A stretch of DNA of 64,000 nt from an uncultured Pseudomonadota bacterium (GCA_963737345.1 CAVTSM010000003.1:2099171-2163170), one strand, 5' to 3'; numbered from the stretch's first letter, positions 51,131 through 61,218 are shown. Notes: a model not told the origin generated them from the sequence alone. Numbers and translations are program-made.

Positions 51131-51538
51131 TCAACTGCTGTGACGCTCGACCTTCTCGATGAGGTCCGCAATCTCGACCGGCTTGGTCACATAGCCGGCT
51201 GCGTCCAGGTCTTCGACGGCGAACGCGATCTGCGCGCCTGCCGACATGAGGACCACGGGGATTTTCGCCAGCTCGGCCCTGCGCTTTTGCAGCCGGCGAA
51301 AATCCCACCCATTCATGATGGGCATCATCAGGTCCAGCAGGATGATCTGGCAGGCGTCCGGCTCCGCCTCGAGAATTTTCAGCGCCTCGGCACCATTGGG
51401 CGCCTGCAGGACGCGGTAGTCCTCTTGTTCCAGCAGGGCGGCCAACGCGTCACGCTCGTCGTCGTCGTCCTCGACGAGCATGACGGTCTTGCGAGGGCTC
51501 TTCTCGATGGCCATGGCGGAAGCCGGCTCGACGGTCAC
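51131..51538 (-). CDS. Single-domain response regulator receiver
   Basis: VMLVEDDDDERDALAALL...IILLDLMMP...IPVVLMSA. GTG start in a GTGA overlap with the upstream stop, or ATG 51514. Confidence 0.7.
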   Translation of the reverse strand: MTVEPASAMAIEKSPRKTVMLVEDDDDERDALAALLEQEDYRVLQAPNGAEALKILEAEPDACQIILLDLMMPIMNGWDFRRLQKRRAELAKIPVVLMSAGAQIAFAVEDLDAAGYVTKPVEIADLIEKVERHSS

Positions 51539-51942
51539 TTGCCGGCGGCGGGCTCCCCCGCCTTGTCATGGGCTTTCTTGGACTTGACGCCGGCCTTCTC
51601 GATGTCGTTGCCGGACTTCTCCATCTGCTTCGCCTCGTCGCCTCGCTCCTCGCCGGCCTTCTCAATCGCGGCGCCCTTCTTCTTGGTGGCCTTTCCGGCC
51701 GCTTCCTCGTGCTTGTTGTCGTTCTTCTTGCCGGCCTCTTCCTCGGCCTTGCCCTTCTTCTCGAGCTTGGCGCCCTTGGCCTTTTCGGCGTCGGCGGCCT
51801 TCTCTTCGGCATTGCCCTTCTTCTCGATCTTGTTGCCTTCCTTTTCGCCGGCACTCTGGGCGGCACGAACGGGACCGGCCAGCAGCAACGCGACGACGGG
51901 CAACGACAGGCGAATCAGCGAACGGGTCGACAAATGGATCAT
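51535..51942 (-). CDS. Secreted Lys/Glu/Ala-rich repeat protein
   Basis: Strong RBS ggaggt. Signal peptide MIHLSTRSLIRLSLPVVALLLAGPVRA. Imperfect repeats (I/L)EKKG(N/K)AEE(K/E)A and IEKAGEE.. Confidence 0.5.
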   Translation of the reverse strand: MIHLSTRSLIRLSLPVVALLLAGPVRAAQSAGEKEGNKIEKKGNAEEKAADAEKAKGAKLEKKGKAEEEAGKKNDNKHEEAAGKATKKKGAAIEKAGEERGDEAKQMEKSGNDIEKAGVKSKKAHDKAGEPAAGK

Positions 51943-52159
51943 GGGGACCTCCGGTTTGAATTCACACGCGAACCCCAGCCGGGCGGCTCACCTCCACGAA
52001 GCTAGATCCCCTTCGCGGAAGAACCAGGGGTTCGCTTAGGGAGTTGTCGCCAGACCGCTCACCACAAGCAGCGAGCGCCGAGGGCGGCAATCGCCGCCGG
52101 TGCGCGCCGGCCAGCCCGCCCGCCAGTCTTAGCCCACCCGGTGGACTAAGACAGGGCGA

Positions 52160-55100
52160 TCAACGACCCGCGAACGGGCCGGGCAGCAGCGGGCGGTCCA
52201 GGATGCGCTGGGAGCGGATGTAGCGTTCCAACGCGTCGACGGCTTTCGTGTACATGGCGTTGGCGTAGTAGGCGCGGCCCAGGTAGTAGAGGGCTTCGGG
52301 GCGGCGCGCCACGTACGTTGCATCGTCGGCCAGCGCCTTGAGCTCGTCGATCGCGTCGCCGTAAAATTCCGCCTTGTAGTCCAGAAAGCCGCTCAGCAAC
52401 GAGAAGTCCTGGCCCATGCCGGTCCAGATCTCCTCGGGCCACTTCTCCAAAATCTTGTAGGCGGTGGCGTAGCGGCGATCCCCGACTTCGGCGATGACCG
52501 AGGGGTATTCCTCTTTCACCTGATGGACGTATTCCGGGTGGGCGGCGGCGATCTGCGCCGGCACCGCCGGAGCGGCCAGCTGGTCGCTGGGCGCCAGCGG
52601 GATCTCGGGATCACGGTCGAGGCGCGTGGACACCAGGTTCAGCAGCAGGCGCGCGTGCTGCGCCTCGGTCGAATCCCCCGCCGCCTCGGCGCGCCGGGCC
52701 CACAGCTCGGCCTCGCGCGCCTTGCCGTGTGCCAGCAAGCTGCGCGACAGCAGCCCTGCCCGCGCGCTCCGCTGCGGGCCCTCGTACCCCTTCACCAGAC
52801 CGGTCAGCCGTCCGTAGGGCCACAGCGGGCCGTACACCTTGGCCAGGTACGGATCGAACTTGGCGTAGCCCAACAGGTCGCGCGGTGCCGCGAACTCGAT
52901 GCGGGCGTTGTCGTCGGTGTTTCGCGGCGCGGCCGCGGTGAACGACTCCAGCTCCTCCGGGCCGAGCAGCAGATAAGCCAGCGCGTCGTGCGGCGAGTTG
53001 AGCCCACCCCGCCGCGCCTCGGCGCGCACCGTCGGGTTCTGGAAGGCCCGCTCGAGAAGATCGATGTCCAGCGGCAGCGGCCGCATGCTACCCACCAGGA
53101 TCGTGTCGGACGACAGGTCCTCGGCGGCGAAGACGTACACGTACGGGAACTCGTCGCGAACGGTGCCGTAGATGGTCTTGATGTTCCAGGGCGCCATCTC
53201 GTACAGCTGCGCCCACTGGCAGAAGATGCCATTCGGCGCCAGGCGCCGCTTCACGTCGCGGAAATACTCGCGCGTGAACAGGTTCGAGACGCCCGTCAGC
53301 CAGGGGTTGGACGGTTCGCTGACGATGACGTCGAACTGGTCCTTGCGCTGGGTCAGGAAATTGCGCCCGTCGCCGACGCGCGCCGTGACCTGCGGGTTTT
53401 GCAGGGGGCGGTGGTTGTCGTTGTCGAAAAAACGCGACGCCCGGTAGATCGCCGGCTCCAGCTCGACGACCTCCAGCGAACCGATCGGGTATTGCGTGAT
53501 CGCGCCCGCCGTGACGCCCGACCCGAACCCCACCAGCGCCACCTTGGGCGGCGCCGGTTGATCGTAGAACAGCAGCGGCAACAGGCCGACCATGATCTGC
53601 GTCGGCATGTCGGCGTCGTTCGAGGCGTCGACCTTTCCGTTGTTCTTCAACGAAAACGTCTTGGCGTCCCACTGGTCGACGGTGACCGTCGTCGCCACGC
53701 CATCCTCGTAGAAGACCAGCTTGGGATCCTTCCAGACGTGCTTGCGAATCTTGCGGCTGATGTACTCGCGGGCGACCGACATCCGGAAGAATCCCGACGA
53801 GAAGCTGACCAGGTTCCAGCGGGGCAGCAGCAACCCCAGCGCAGCCAGCCCGATGGCCGCGGCCACTCCAGCGCGACGCTTGCGAACCGGCAGCTCGGGA
53901 GCGACCGCGAAAAGCAGCGCCGCCAGCGCCAGATCGATCGCCACCGCGACGTAGATGCCCCGCTGTAGGCCCAGCTTGGGCAGCACCACGAACCCCGACA
54001 GGAAAGATCCCACGATGGCGCCGACGGTGTTCAGCGCGTAGGCGTGCCCGACGTCGCGCCCGACGGACTCCAGCCCGCCGGCCGCGATCCGCATCGTCAG
54101 CGGGAAGACGCCGCCCATCAGCACTGTGGCCGGCAGCAGGATCATGCAGGCCATCACGAACTGACAGGCCAGGATCGTGTCGACGCCGAAGCTGGTCGAT
54201 TGCAGCAGCCAGGTGAAGACGTAGGGCATCCGGTCGGTGAAGAGGTACGTCGCGCCAACCGCGACCGCCGTCCCCAGGTGCAGCAGGGCCAGCCACCGCA
54301 CCGGGTGAGGCGTCCGCTGGCTGGCACGCCCGAAGAGCGCGGCGCCGATGCCGAGCCCGATCAGGAACGCCAGTAGGATGAGGGTGAACGAGAAGATCGA
54401 CGAGCCCAGCAGCACCGCCAGCGCGCGCGTCCAGAGGACCTGCAGCGTCATGGCCGTCGCGCCCGAAACCGCGAAAGCCCCCAGCGCCGCGCGCCGCGAG
54501 CGGGGGTCGATGGCCGGCGGCGGAGGCAGCACCGGCCCCTCCAAGTTGGCGGCCGCAGCCGCGGCGTCCAGGCGCTCGTCGATCGAGATCCCCTCGCCTC
54601 CGGCGTCGGCGGGCAGGACGCGACGGGCGACCAGAATGGCCCCGGCCAGCACCAAATCGAACGACGCCGCGGTGACGTTCGTCCAGCGCAACCCCATGGT
54701 CGGCAGGAAAATGAAACCGGCGCAGAAGGCACCGGCGACCGCCCCGAACAGGTTCACGGAGTAAAGCGTCCCGATCCGCAGCCCGATGCGGCGCAGCTCC
54801 CACGGACGGGTGACGAAATGACGCGCCAAGAACGGCAGCGTCGCCCCCATGAGCGTCGTCGGAACCAGCAAGAGACCGGCTGACGCGATGAACCGCAGCA
54901 CGGACAGCAGCGCGTACCGGTCGCCGAAGGCGCTCCAGAGCGTGCGATTCAAGCCCGGGTAGGCCAGCATCACCAGCGGCACCAGCAGCGCGTAAAGGCC
55001 GATGCCGGCCTCGGCCAGGGCGTAAGCGCGCACCGGGTTCTTGAGGCGATCGGCGTAGCGCCCGGCCAGGTAGGACCCCAGGCCCAGGCCGCCCATGAAC

Positions 55101-55231
55101 GCGGTCAGCACCGTCGAGACCGCCAGGGTGGTCGACCCGAAGACCAGGGTCAGCATCCGGGTCCAGAGCATCTCCAGAATCAGCCCGGAGGCGCCCGACA
55201 GGAAGAAACAGGCCAGGACGACGACCCGCAT
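52160..55231 (-). CDS. Fused multi-TM (MFS-like) :: spermidine-synthase-like :: TPR protein (COG4262-type)
   Basis: 1023 aa. Two multi-TM blocks, then GFGSGVTAGAITQYP...VVELEPAI...DVIVSEPSNPW (PABS-like), then TPR-like repeats at the C-terminus. Confidence 0.7.
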   Translation of the reverse strand: MRVVVLACFFLSGASGLILEMLWTRMLTLVFGSTTLAVSTVLTAFMGGLGLGSYLAGRYADRLKNPVRAYALAEAGIGLYALLVPLVMLAYPGLNRTLWSAFGDRYALLSVLRFIASAGLLLVPTTLMGATLPFLARHFVTRPWELRRIGLRIGTLYSVNLFGAVAGAFCAGFIFLPTMGLRWTNVTAASFDLVLAGAILVARRVLPADAGGEGISIDERLDAAAAAANLEGPVLPPPPAIDPRSRRAALGAFAVSGATAMTLQVLWTRALAVLLGSSIFSFTLILLAFLIGLGIGAALFGRASQRTPHPVRWLALLHLGTAVAVGATYLFTDRMPYVFTWLLQSTSFGVDTILACQFVMACMILLPATVLMGGVFPLTMRIAAGGLESVGRDVGHAYALNTVGAIVGSFLSGFVVLPKLGLQRGIYVAVAIDLALAALLFAVAPELPVRKRRAGVAAAIGLAALGLLLPRWNLVSFSSGFFRMSVAREYISRKIRKHVWKDPKLVFYEDGVATTVTVDQWDAKTFSLKNNGKVDASNDADMPTQIMVGLLPLLFYDQPAPPKVALVGFGSGVTAGAITQYPIGSLEVVELEPAIYRASRFFDNDNHRPLQNPQVTARVGDGRNFLTQRKDQFDVIVSEPSNPWLTGVSNLFTREYFRDVKRRLAPNGIFCQWAQLYEMAPWNIKTIYGTVRDEFPYVYVFAAEDLSSDTILVGSMRPLPLDIDLLERAFQNPTVRAEARRGGLNSPHDALAYLLLGPEELESFTAAAPRNTDDNARIEFAAPRDLLGYAKFDPYLAKVYGPLWPYGRLTGLVKGYEGPQRSARAGLLSRSLLAHGKAREAELWARRAEAAGDSTEAQHARLLLNLVSTRLDRDPEIPLAPSDQLAAPAVPAQIAAAHPEYVHQVKEEYPSVIAEVGDRRYATAYKILEKWPEEIWTGMGQDFSLLSGFLDYKAEFYGDAIDELKALADDATYVARRPEALYYLGRAYYANAMYTKAVDALERYIRSQRILDRPLLPGPFAGR

Positions 55232-55326
55232 GGGGGCGGCAATCTACCACCTTTGTGACACCCCTCCCTTGACGCCAGGGGCTGCCTCGTTTGGACTAAG
55301 CGCCTTCAGGCAACCCGAGCCGCGCG

Positions 55327-55982
55327 ATGCCCATCAAACCACCCCACACGACGATGTACGGCGTCACCGCGGCCACCACTCTCGAAGGATTGCTCGCACC
55401 GGCGGAATCGCGCGCGGCGGACGACGCGGCGCTGATCGCGTCGGTGAAGCGGGGCGACCCCGGCAGCCGCGAGGCGCTCTACCACCGGTACAAGCGGCGT
55501 GTGTACGGACTGGCTCTGCGAATCGTTGGGCCTGGCGACGCCGAGGAGGTCGCCCAGGAGGCGTTCATCCGGATCTTCGGGGCCTCCCCAAGTTCCGGGG
55601 TGACGCAGCGCTGTCGACCTGGGTCTACCGGCTGGCGGTGAACGCGGCGCTTTCTCACCGCAGCCGGCGCGCGGGCGCGCGCCTGCCGATCGACGACAAC
55701 CAGGCCGAGGCGGGCGGCGTCGAGACCCAGCCGGCCGTCGAACCGGCGCGCGGCGACGCGGTCCTGCGCGCCCGCCTCGAGCGAGCCTTGGCCGAGCTCC
55801 CCGCCGGCTATCGCACCGTGGTGGTCCTGCACGACATCGAGGGATTGGAGCACGAAGAGATAGCCGGCATCCTCGACTGTCACGTCGGCACCTCGAAATC
55901 ACAGCTGCACAAGGCGCGCGCCCGCCTGCGCGCGATCCTGCAGGCGGGCGGCATCACGGCCGCGGCCCTTGAAAACGATTGA
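55327..55982 (+). pseudogene. ECF (sigma-70 family) sigma factor interrupted by a -1 frameshift at the G4 run 55579-55582
   Basis: Region 2 reads in phase 1 (..RRVYGLALRIVGPGDAEEVAQEAFIRIFG, stop at 55641). Regions 2.4-4 read in phase 0 (GLPKFRGDAALSTWVYRLAVN...LPAGYRTVVVLHDIEGLEHEEIAGILDCHVGTSKSQLHKAR, stop at 55982). One extra G would give ...IRIFGGLPKFRG.... Confidence 0.65.
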
Positions 55983-55992
55983 ACCCACCCAC

Positions 55993-56736
55993 ATGACGGA
56001 CCAGCAGTATCCCGTCTGCGCGATGTTCTCCGACGAAACGCTCTCGGCCTTCGCCGACGGCGATCTTGCACCGGCCGAGGCAGCCCGGGTGCGGGCGCAC
56101 CTCGGGTCCTGCCCGGCGTGCGCCGCCGCCGCCGGTCAGCTGGGCGCGCTGGCGGCCGCCGCCCGCGGCCTGGATCGGCCCGAGCCGCCCCCCACTTTGT
56201 GGTTGGCGGTCGAGGGGGCGCTGGAGAAGCACGAGCGCCCCTGGTGGATGGCGCTGCGCATTTTCGGCGTGGGCGCGCTGGCCGGCGCGGCGGCCGTCTC
56301 GATCGCGGCGCTGGGGCTGGCGTCCTGGCGCACCCACCGCGCCGAGCAGGCCAGGGCGGGCGTGAGCGGCACGGGATCCACGGCCGAGATCGCCGCGCCG
56401 GTGGCGGTCGCCGCACGCATCGCCCCCGATCCGCTACTGGATGAAGCCGAGGCCGAGCTGGCCCGCGCCGCCGCCGCCTACGAGCAGTCGATCGAGAAGC
56501 TGCGGGCCTTGCTCGAGCGGGAAGAGCCCCGCTGGAGCCCGGAGGAACGGGCTCGCTGCGCCGAACGACTGGCCCAGCTGGATGAGGCCATCGTGCATTC
56601 GCGGGACCTGGCGCGCCGCAGCCCCGGGGATACGCTGGGCAGCGACCAGCTCTTCGCCGCCTACCGCCAGAAGATCGAATTTTTGGCCGAGGCGGTCCAC
56701 AGAGGCGGAACCTTCCGGCAGGAGACGCGGCGATGA
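55993..56736 (+). CDS. Anti-sigma factor (zinc-finger HxxxCxxC type) with TM helix
   Basis: ARVRAHLGSCPACAAAAG...TM FGVGALAGAAAVSIAALGL; directly downstream of the ECF sigma gene. Confidence 0.65.
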   Translation: MTDQQYPVCAMFSDETLSAFADGDLAPAEAARVRAHLGSCPACAAAAGQLGALAAAARGLDRPEPPPTLWLAVEGALEKHERPWWMALRIFGVGALAGAAAVSIAALGLASWRTHRAEQARAGVSGTGSTAEIAAPVAVAARIAPDPLLDEAEAELARAAAAYEQSIEKLRALLEREEPRWSPEERARCAERLAQLDEAIVHSRDLARRSPGDTLGSDQLFAAYRQKIEFLAEAVHRGGTFRQETRR

Positions 56737-57692
56737 TCCGCGCCGCCCTGTTGGTCACGCTGGGGCTGCAGCTGGGCGTGCGGACGGCCGACGCCAACGA
56801 GGCCCTCGTCGATCACCGGGAGCTGGTCGTCCCCGCCCACGGCGCCGAGCTGGTGCGCATCGACAACCCGCTCGGGCGGGTGGCCATCCGCGGAACAGCC
56901 CGCCCGGGCGAGATCCACATCCTGGCCGACAAGCACGCGAGCAGCCCCGAAGTCCTGGGGCGCCTGCGCGTCCACTACACGGCCTTCGAGAACGGCGAGA
57001 TCCAGATCGACACCCGGGTCGAGCTGGGCGGGCGCGAACGGTCGCTGCCGCTGGCGGAGAGCGGCGTCGACCTGTGGCTGGAGGTCCCGCCGGACGTGGC
57101 GGTCCAGGCCAAGACCTTTGGCGGCGACGTATCGGCCTCCGGGCTGCGCGCCGGGGCCAAGCTCGAGACGACCGGCGGCCGGATCGGCATATCGGACGTC
57201 CGCGGCGGGGTGGTCACCCACCAGCTCCGCGGTGGCCAGCACGTGGCCGAGGTCGAAGGCGACGTCGACCTCGATGGGGTCGAGGGCGACCTGGACCTGA
57301 GGAATCTCGTCGGCGGCCGTGTGGACGCCCGGATGGTCGACGGAAGCATCCGGGCCGAAGACATCCGCGCCGATTTCGTGCGCCTGGTGACGACCACCGG
57401 CGCCATCGTGCTGCTGGGGGTGATGCGGCCGGCCGGCCACTACGACCTGCGCAGCTACGCAGGCGAGGTCCGGGTCGCCGCCGGGGACACGCCGTTCGAG
57501 TTGCGGGCCCGCTCGGCGATGCCGCTCGAGGCCACGGCGGTCGTGCTGCGCGGGGCGCGCCGGGACGGCGAGTGGCTCCGCGCCCAGTACCTCGGCCGGC
57601 GAACAGCGGCCCGGCAGCGTCCGGCGTTGCTCGAGCTCTCGTCGGCGCTGGCGCGGGTCGTGATTCAGCCGCTGGCCACCGACGTGCAATAG
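56733..57692 (+). CDS. Secreted DUF4097-like (putative adhesin beta-strand repeat) protein
   Basis: ATGA overlap with the anti-sigma stop. Signal peptide, then repeated G.V.V...G.V.... beta-strand units. Confidence 0.5.
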   Translation: MIRAALLVTLGLQLGVRTADANEALVDHRELVVPAHGAELVRIDNPLGRVAIRGTARPGEIHILADKHASSPEVLGRLRVHYTAFENGEIQIDTRVELGGRERSLPLAESGVDLWLEVPPDVAVQAKTFGGDVSASGLRAGAKLETTGGRIGISDVRGGVVTHQLRGGQHVAEVEGDVDLDGVEGDLDLRNLVGGRVDARMVDGSIRAEDIRADFVRLVTTTGAIVLLGVMRPAGHYDLRSYAGEVRVAAGDTPFELRARSAMPLEATAVVLRGARRDGEWLRAQYLGRRTAARQRPALLELSSALARVVIQPLATDVQ

Positions 57693-57801
57693 CCCCACCG
57701 GGCCCGAAGGTCAGGCGCCGCGCGCGCCGGCGCCGCCCGCGATTTGGCATGAAACCCGCGGCGGAGGTGTTAATGTTAGCGGTCAGGTCGACGGATCGCG
57801 G

Positions 57802-58533
57802 ATGCGGATCGGGGTCTTTTCGGACACACACGCCAACATCGAGGCGCTCGAGGCGGTGCAGAGAGCTCTGGACGACGAAAAGGTCGACAAGCGGGTCTGC
57901 CTGGGCGACACGGTGGGGTACGGCGCCAGCCCAAACGAGTGCTGCGCGCTGATTCGGGCGCGCGCGGCGCACACGATCCTGGGAAATCACGACGCCGCCG
58001 TCGCGGGGCGCATGGATTATTCCTACTACTACCATGCGGCGCGCCACGCGCTGGACATGCACGCCCGGCTGCTGACGCCCGAGAACATGCAGTGGCTGAA
58101 GACCCTGCCCTACGACGTGCGCGACGGGGACGTCCATTACTGCCACGGCTCGCCGCTGAACATCGAAGAGTTCGATTACATCTTCGCGCGCGACCAAGCC
58201 GCGCAGTGTCTGGAGATCTGGGATGACCTTTCGACACTGACGCTGATCGGCCACTCGCACCTGTGCAAGTCGTTCGCGCTCTCTGCGGGCGGGGTCCACG
58301 AAGTGGTGGCCGACCGCTTCGAGCTGCGCCCGGGGTGGAAATACATCGTCAGCGTCGGCTCCGTCGGACAACCGCGGGATTACGATCCCCGGGCCAGCTA
58401 TGTCGTCTACGACACCGAGCGAAAGCTGTTCGAGTTCCGGCGCGTCGAATACGACGTCAAAGCCTCGGCCGAAAAGATCTTTGGCTCGGACCTGGAACCG
58501 AACTTCGGGCATCGTCTGTTCATCGGCGTCTGA
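57802..58533 (+). CDS. Metallophosphoesterase (calcineurin-like)
   Basis: MRIGVFSDTHAN...GDTVGYG...GNHD...GHSH motifs. Confidence 0.8.
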   Translation: MRIGVFSDTHANIEALEAVQRALDDEKVDKRVCLGDTVGYGASPNECCALIRARAAHTILGNHDAAVAGRMDYSYYYHAARHALDMHARLLTPENMQWLKTLPYDVRDGDVHYCHGSPLNIEEFDYIFARDQAAQCLEIWDDLSTLTLIGHSHLCKSFALSAGGVHEVVADRFELRPGWKYIVSVGSVGQPRDYDPRASYVVYDTERKLFEFRRVEYDVKASAEKIFGSDLEPNFGHRLFIGV

Positions 58534-58534
58534 C

Positions 58535-60157
58535 GTGCAGAGGGGCGTCGGCCTGGGGGGCGTGATCCTGCTGGCCCTGCTGGTCGGGGTCGGCGAGCGG
58601 CCTGCTGTCGCGGCGCCATTGCAGAGCGGCTGCGTCGCCGACGAGCCGGTGCCGACCCCGCCGCGCGACGCTGGGTGGGAACGATCGCAGCAGGTCACCT
58701 GGGAAGAGGTCGAGAAGCGCGGCGGCGTCGTCCCGGACATCGAGGAAGACGCCGGCCACGCGCCACCCGCTTGGTGGCGGTACCCGAGCCCGATCCGATC
58801 GGGCGAGCTGTTGGCCGCCGAAGCCAAGAACCCCAAAGGCCTCTACGAGACGGTCCCACCGGGCGACCTCAAGCCCGGCGACATTTTGGTGCGCACGCAC
58901 GGCGCGGGCCTCGGCCCTTGCGGGAAGATGACCGTGGTGGCTGGCGCCCAGCACGACAGCTGGGTGACCCTGGCTCCGGGCGACGGGCCAGACCCGGCCA
59001 CGCGCGACGCCGACCCCACGTTCTTCGAGGGCAAGGCAGTGCGAAGCGGCGTGGCTGCCTACCGGATTCGGGTCAAGAAGGACGACTCGCTGGGGCACGT
59101 TCGCGAGATCGAGCGCGATCTGCGCCACCTGGAACGGACCATCTCCGAGCGCCCGCCGCTGATCGCCAAGAAGGGCGGAGCGGTCGTCGACGAGAAGGTG
59201 CACGACCTCATCGACGAGTCCTGGTCGCTGGCCGCAGATCCGGCCTTTCACGAGGAGCAGCACGCGTTGACGGGGCGCGCGCTGGCGCTGGCCGCCGCTT
59301 TGGACTGGCCGGGCGCGCAGCAAGAGGCGGCCGCGGTGCTGGACGACGTGCTGCGCCGGACGCCGCTGCGGGAAGACGCCGTGCTCGCCCGCGCGGCCGT
59401 GTTTCTGCTGGCCGACGACGCCGAAAAGGCGCTGACCCTGGCGGAGGCGGCGACGGCCATTCCCGAGGTGCCGCCCCGCGTGCACTATCTGGCCGCCCGG
59501 GCGCTGGCCGCGCAGAGCAAGAAGAGCGAAGCGGCGGCGGAGCTGCGCAAGTATCGCGACGCACAGCCCTACGACGCGCTGGCGGCCCGCCTGGCCGACG
59601 CGGCGGCGAGGTCGGCCAACGTTCCGCTGGTGCCGGCGCCGCTGGCCACACCGGACGGCACCGGCTCGCGGCTGCGGTTCTCGGCGACGGCGGACAGGGG
59701 TGCCGTCGCCAGCGATGCCTACGATTTCGCCGTCGCGTGGCCGCTCACCTGGCGGATCACGGGCGTCCAGGCCTCGCCCGAAAGCGGCCTGCTTCTGGAT
59801 TTCGAGACCGGACGCGTGCTGCGCGAAGACGGCGAGACCGAGCGCGGAACGGCGGTCGTGTTGGTCCAGCGCCCGCCGGCCGGCGCCGCCGATGCGCTGG
59901 CCCGCAAGGGGGCGCGCAACATTTTTCCAGACGCGAAGTTGAAGACGCTGCCGCCGCACCAGCCGGGAACGCGCCGGGAACAGTTTCGCGAGCGGGCGGA
60001 AGGCGCCACCCACCTGGGCGAAGTCACGACCGTGACGCGTGAGGGGCTGGTCTACTTCTTGGTCCTGAACGCCACGACGGCGACCTATCCCAAGTTGAAG
60101 GACGAGTACGCCGCCTTCGTGAAGAGCTTCGCCGCGGTGAAGCTCGCCAAGAAGTAG
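58535..60157 (+). CDS. Secreted hypothetical protein (about 540 aa)
   Basis: GTG 2 nt after the phosphoesterase stop. Signal peptide QRGVGLGGVILLALLVGVGERPAVAAP. The track ORF start (58400) overlaps the upstream gene in a Ser-rich artefact. Confidence 0.5.
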   Translation: MQRGVGLGGVILLALLVGVGERPAVAAPLQSGCVADEPVPTPPRDAGWERSQQVTWEEVEKRGGVVPDIEEDAGHAPPAWWRYPSPIRSGELLAAEAKNPKGLYETVPPGDLKPGDILVRTHGAGLGPCGKMTVVAGAQHDSWVTLAPGDGPDPATRDADPTFFEGKAVRSGVAAYRIRVKKDDSLGHVREIERDLRHLERTISERPPLIAKKGGAVVDEKVHDLIDESWSLAADPAFHEEQHALTGRALALAAALDWPGAQQEAAAVLDDVLRRTPLREDAVLARAAVFLLADDAEKALTLAEAATAIPEVPPRVHYLAARALAAQSKKSEAAAELRKYRDAQPYDALAARLADAAARSANVPLVPAPLATPDGTGSRLRFSATADRGAVASDAYDFAVAWPLTWRITGVQASPESGLLLDFETGRVLREDGETERGTAVVLVQRPPAGAADALARKGARNIFPDAKLKTLPPHQPGTRREQFRERAEGATHLGEVTTVTREGLVYFLVLNATTATYPKLKDEYAAFVKSFAAVKLAKK

Positions 60158-60168
60158 ACGCGAGGCGG

Positions 60169-60756
60169 CTACTTCTTCTGTTCGAACATGCCAGTCAGCT
60201 TCGCCTGGCCGAGCTTGTTGGCGTTCACGTTGAAGCCGACCATGGCCGGCGAAGCACCCGGCGGAACGTCGATCTTGTCGACCTTGAGCGCGTACAGCGT
60301 GAAGTTGTAGTGGTGTTTGCCGCTGCCCGGCGGCGGACACGGTCCACCCCAGCCCGGCTTGCCGAAATCGGTGTTTCCCTGAACCGTCCCCTTGGGCAGC
60401 GCGTGTCCGTCGGCGGCGCCCGCGCCCTCCGGCAACGCGGTCGTGTCAGCCGGGATGTTGTAGACGACCCAGTGCCACCAGCCGGAGCCCGTCGGCGCAT
60501 CGGGGTCGTGCACCATCAGCGCGAAGCTCTTCGTCCCAGCCGGCGGGTTCTTCCACTCCAGCGGCGGGGACACGTTCTCCCCCGTGCACCCCATCTGGTT
60601 GAACGAATACTTGGGGGCGATCGTCCCGTTGCTCTTGAACGCGGTGCTGGTCAGGGTGAACGAAGCGGCTTCGACGGCCGGTGAATGGGTCAAGCCGGCG
60701 CCGAGGCCGATCGCGACGAAAAACAAACCGGTTCCGATCTTCGTGGATGTCTTCAT
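60169..60756 (-). CDS. YbhB/YbcL (PEBP/RKIP) family protein, secreted
   Basis: ATG 60756. Signal peptide. ...FALMVHDPDAPTGSGWWHWVVYNIP...GPCPPPGSGKHHYNFTLYAL. Confidence 0.8.
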   Translation of the reverse strand: MKTSTKIGTGLFFVAIGLGAGLTHSPAVEAASFTLTSTAFKSNGTIAPKYSFNQMGCTGENVSPPLEWKNPPAGTKSFALMVHDPDAPTGSGWWHWVVYNIPADTTALPEGAGAADGHALPKGTVQGNTDFGKPGWGGPCPPPGSGKHHYNFTLYALKVDKIDVPPGASPAMVGFNVNANKLGQAKLTGMFEQKK

Positions 60757-60852
60757 CCGTGCACGCTCCTTCGAGTTTGCGAGCACGGTAACAATCCAAG
60801 CTCGGCCGTCAAGACAATGTCACCGCGGCCCGAGCTGCCCTGAATAGCAAAC

Positions 60853-60875
60853 GGGGGGCCTAAAGAGGCCCCCCC
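60853..60875 (-). terminator. GC hairpin (GGGGGGCC taaaga GGCCCCCC); possible intrinsic terminator for the upstream small minus-strand ORF
   Basis: 8-bp G/C stem. On the minus strand it is followed by gtttgctatt, a weak U-tract. Confidence 0.35.
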
Positions 60876-61050
60876 GTGTGTGACGCCGACTGATTGTTTC
60901 GATCTCGCCCCGTCGTCCCGAGCACCATGAGGGTCAGAATTCCTCGCCGTTCCCTAACACCTTTTCCCCAGCTCCCTCGGCGAAGAAGGCGGACCGCACA
61001 GTCAGTTCATTGCATCACCATGGACGAACGTAAGACCCGCTGCCGACCGG

Positions 61051-61218
61051 TCAAGACCGGGCGGCCATGCGCTGGTGCGCCCGCCGAATCTGGACGACCC
61101 GCGCCAGCACCAAGCCGACCGCACCCGCCAGCAACAGGTGAACGAAACCGCCCATTGTCGTCGCACTCACGATTGCCAGCGTCCACACCAATGACAAAAC
61201 CACCGCCACCACGAACAT
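61051..61218 (-). CDS. Small hydrophobic protein (about 55 aa), lmo0937-like
   Basis: Not in the ORF track because it is under 60 aa. MFVVAVVLSLVWTLAIVSATTMGGFVHLLLAGAVGLVLARVVQIRRAHQRMAARS*; two predicted TM helices and high GC3. Confidence 0.35.
   Translation of the reverse strand: MFVVAVVLSLVWTLAIVSATTMGGFVHLLLAGAVGLVLARVVQIRRAHQRMAARS

Noticed and set aside
55240-55326. Possible ECF-type promoter (…cgtttggactaagcg…) upstream of the ECF sigma gene
   Set aside because: No convincing GGAAC-N16-GTCTAA-like -35/-10 pair at the right spacing. Too weak to report as a feature.
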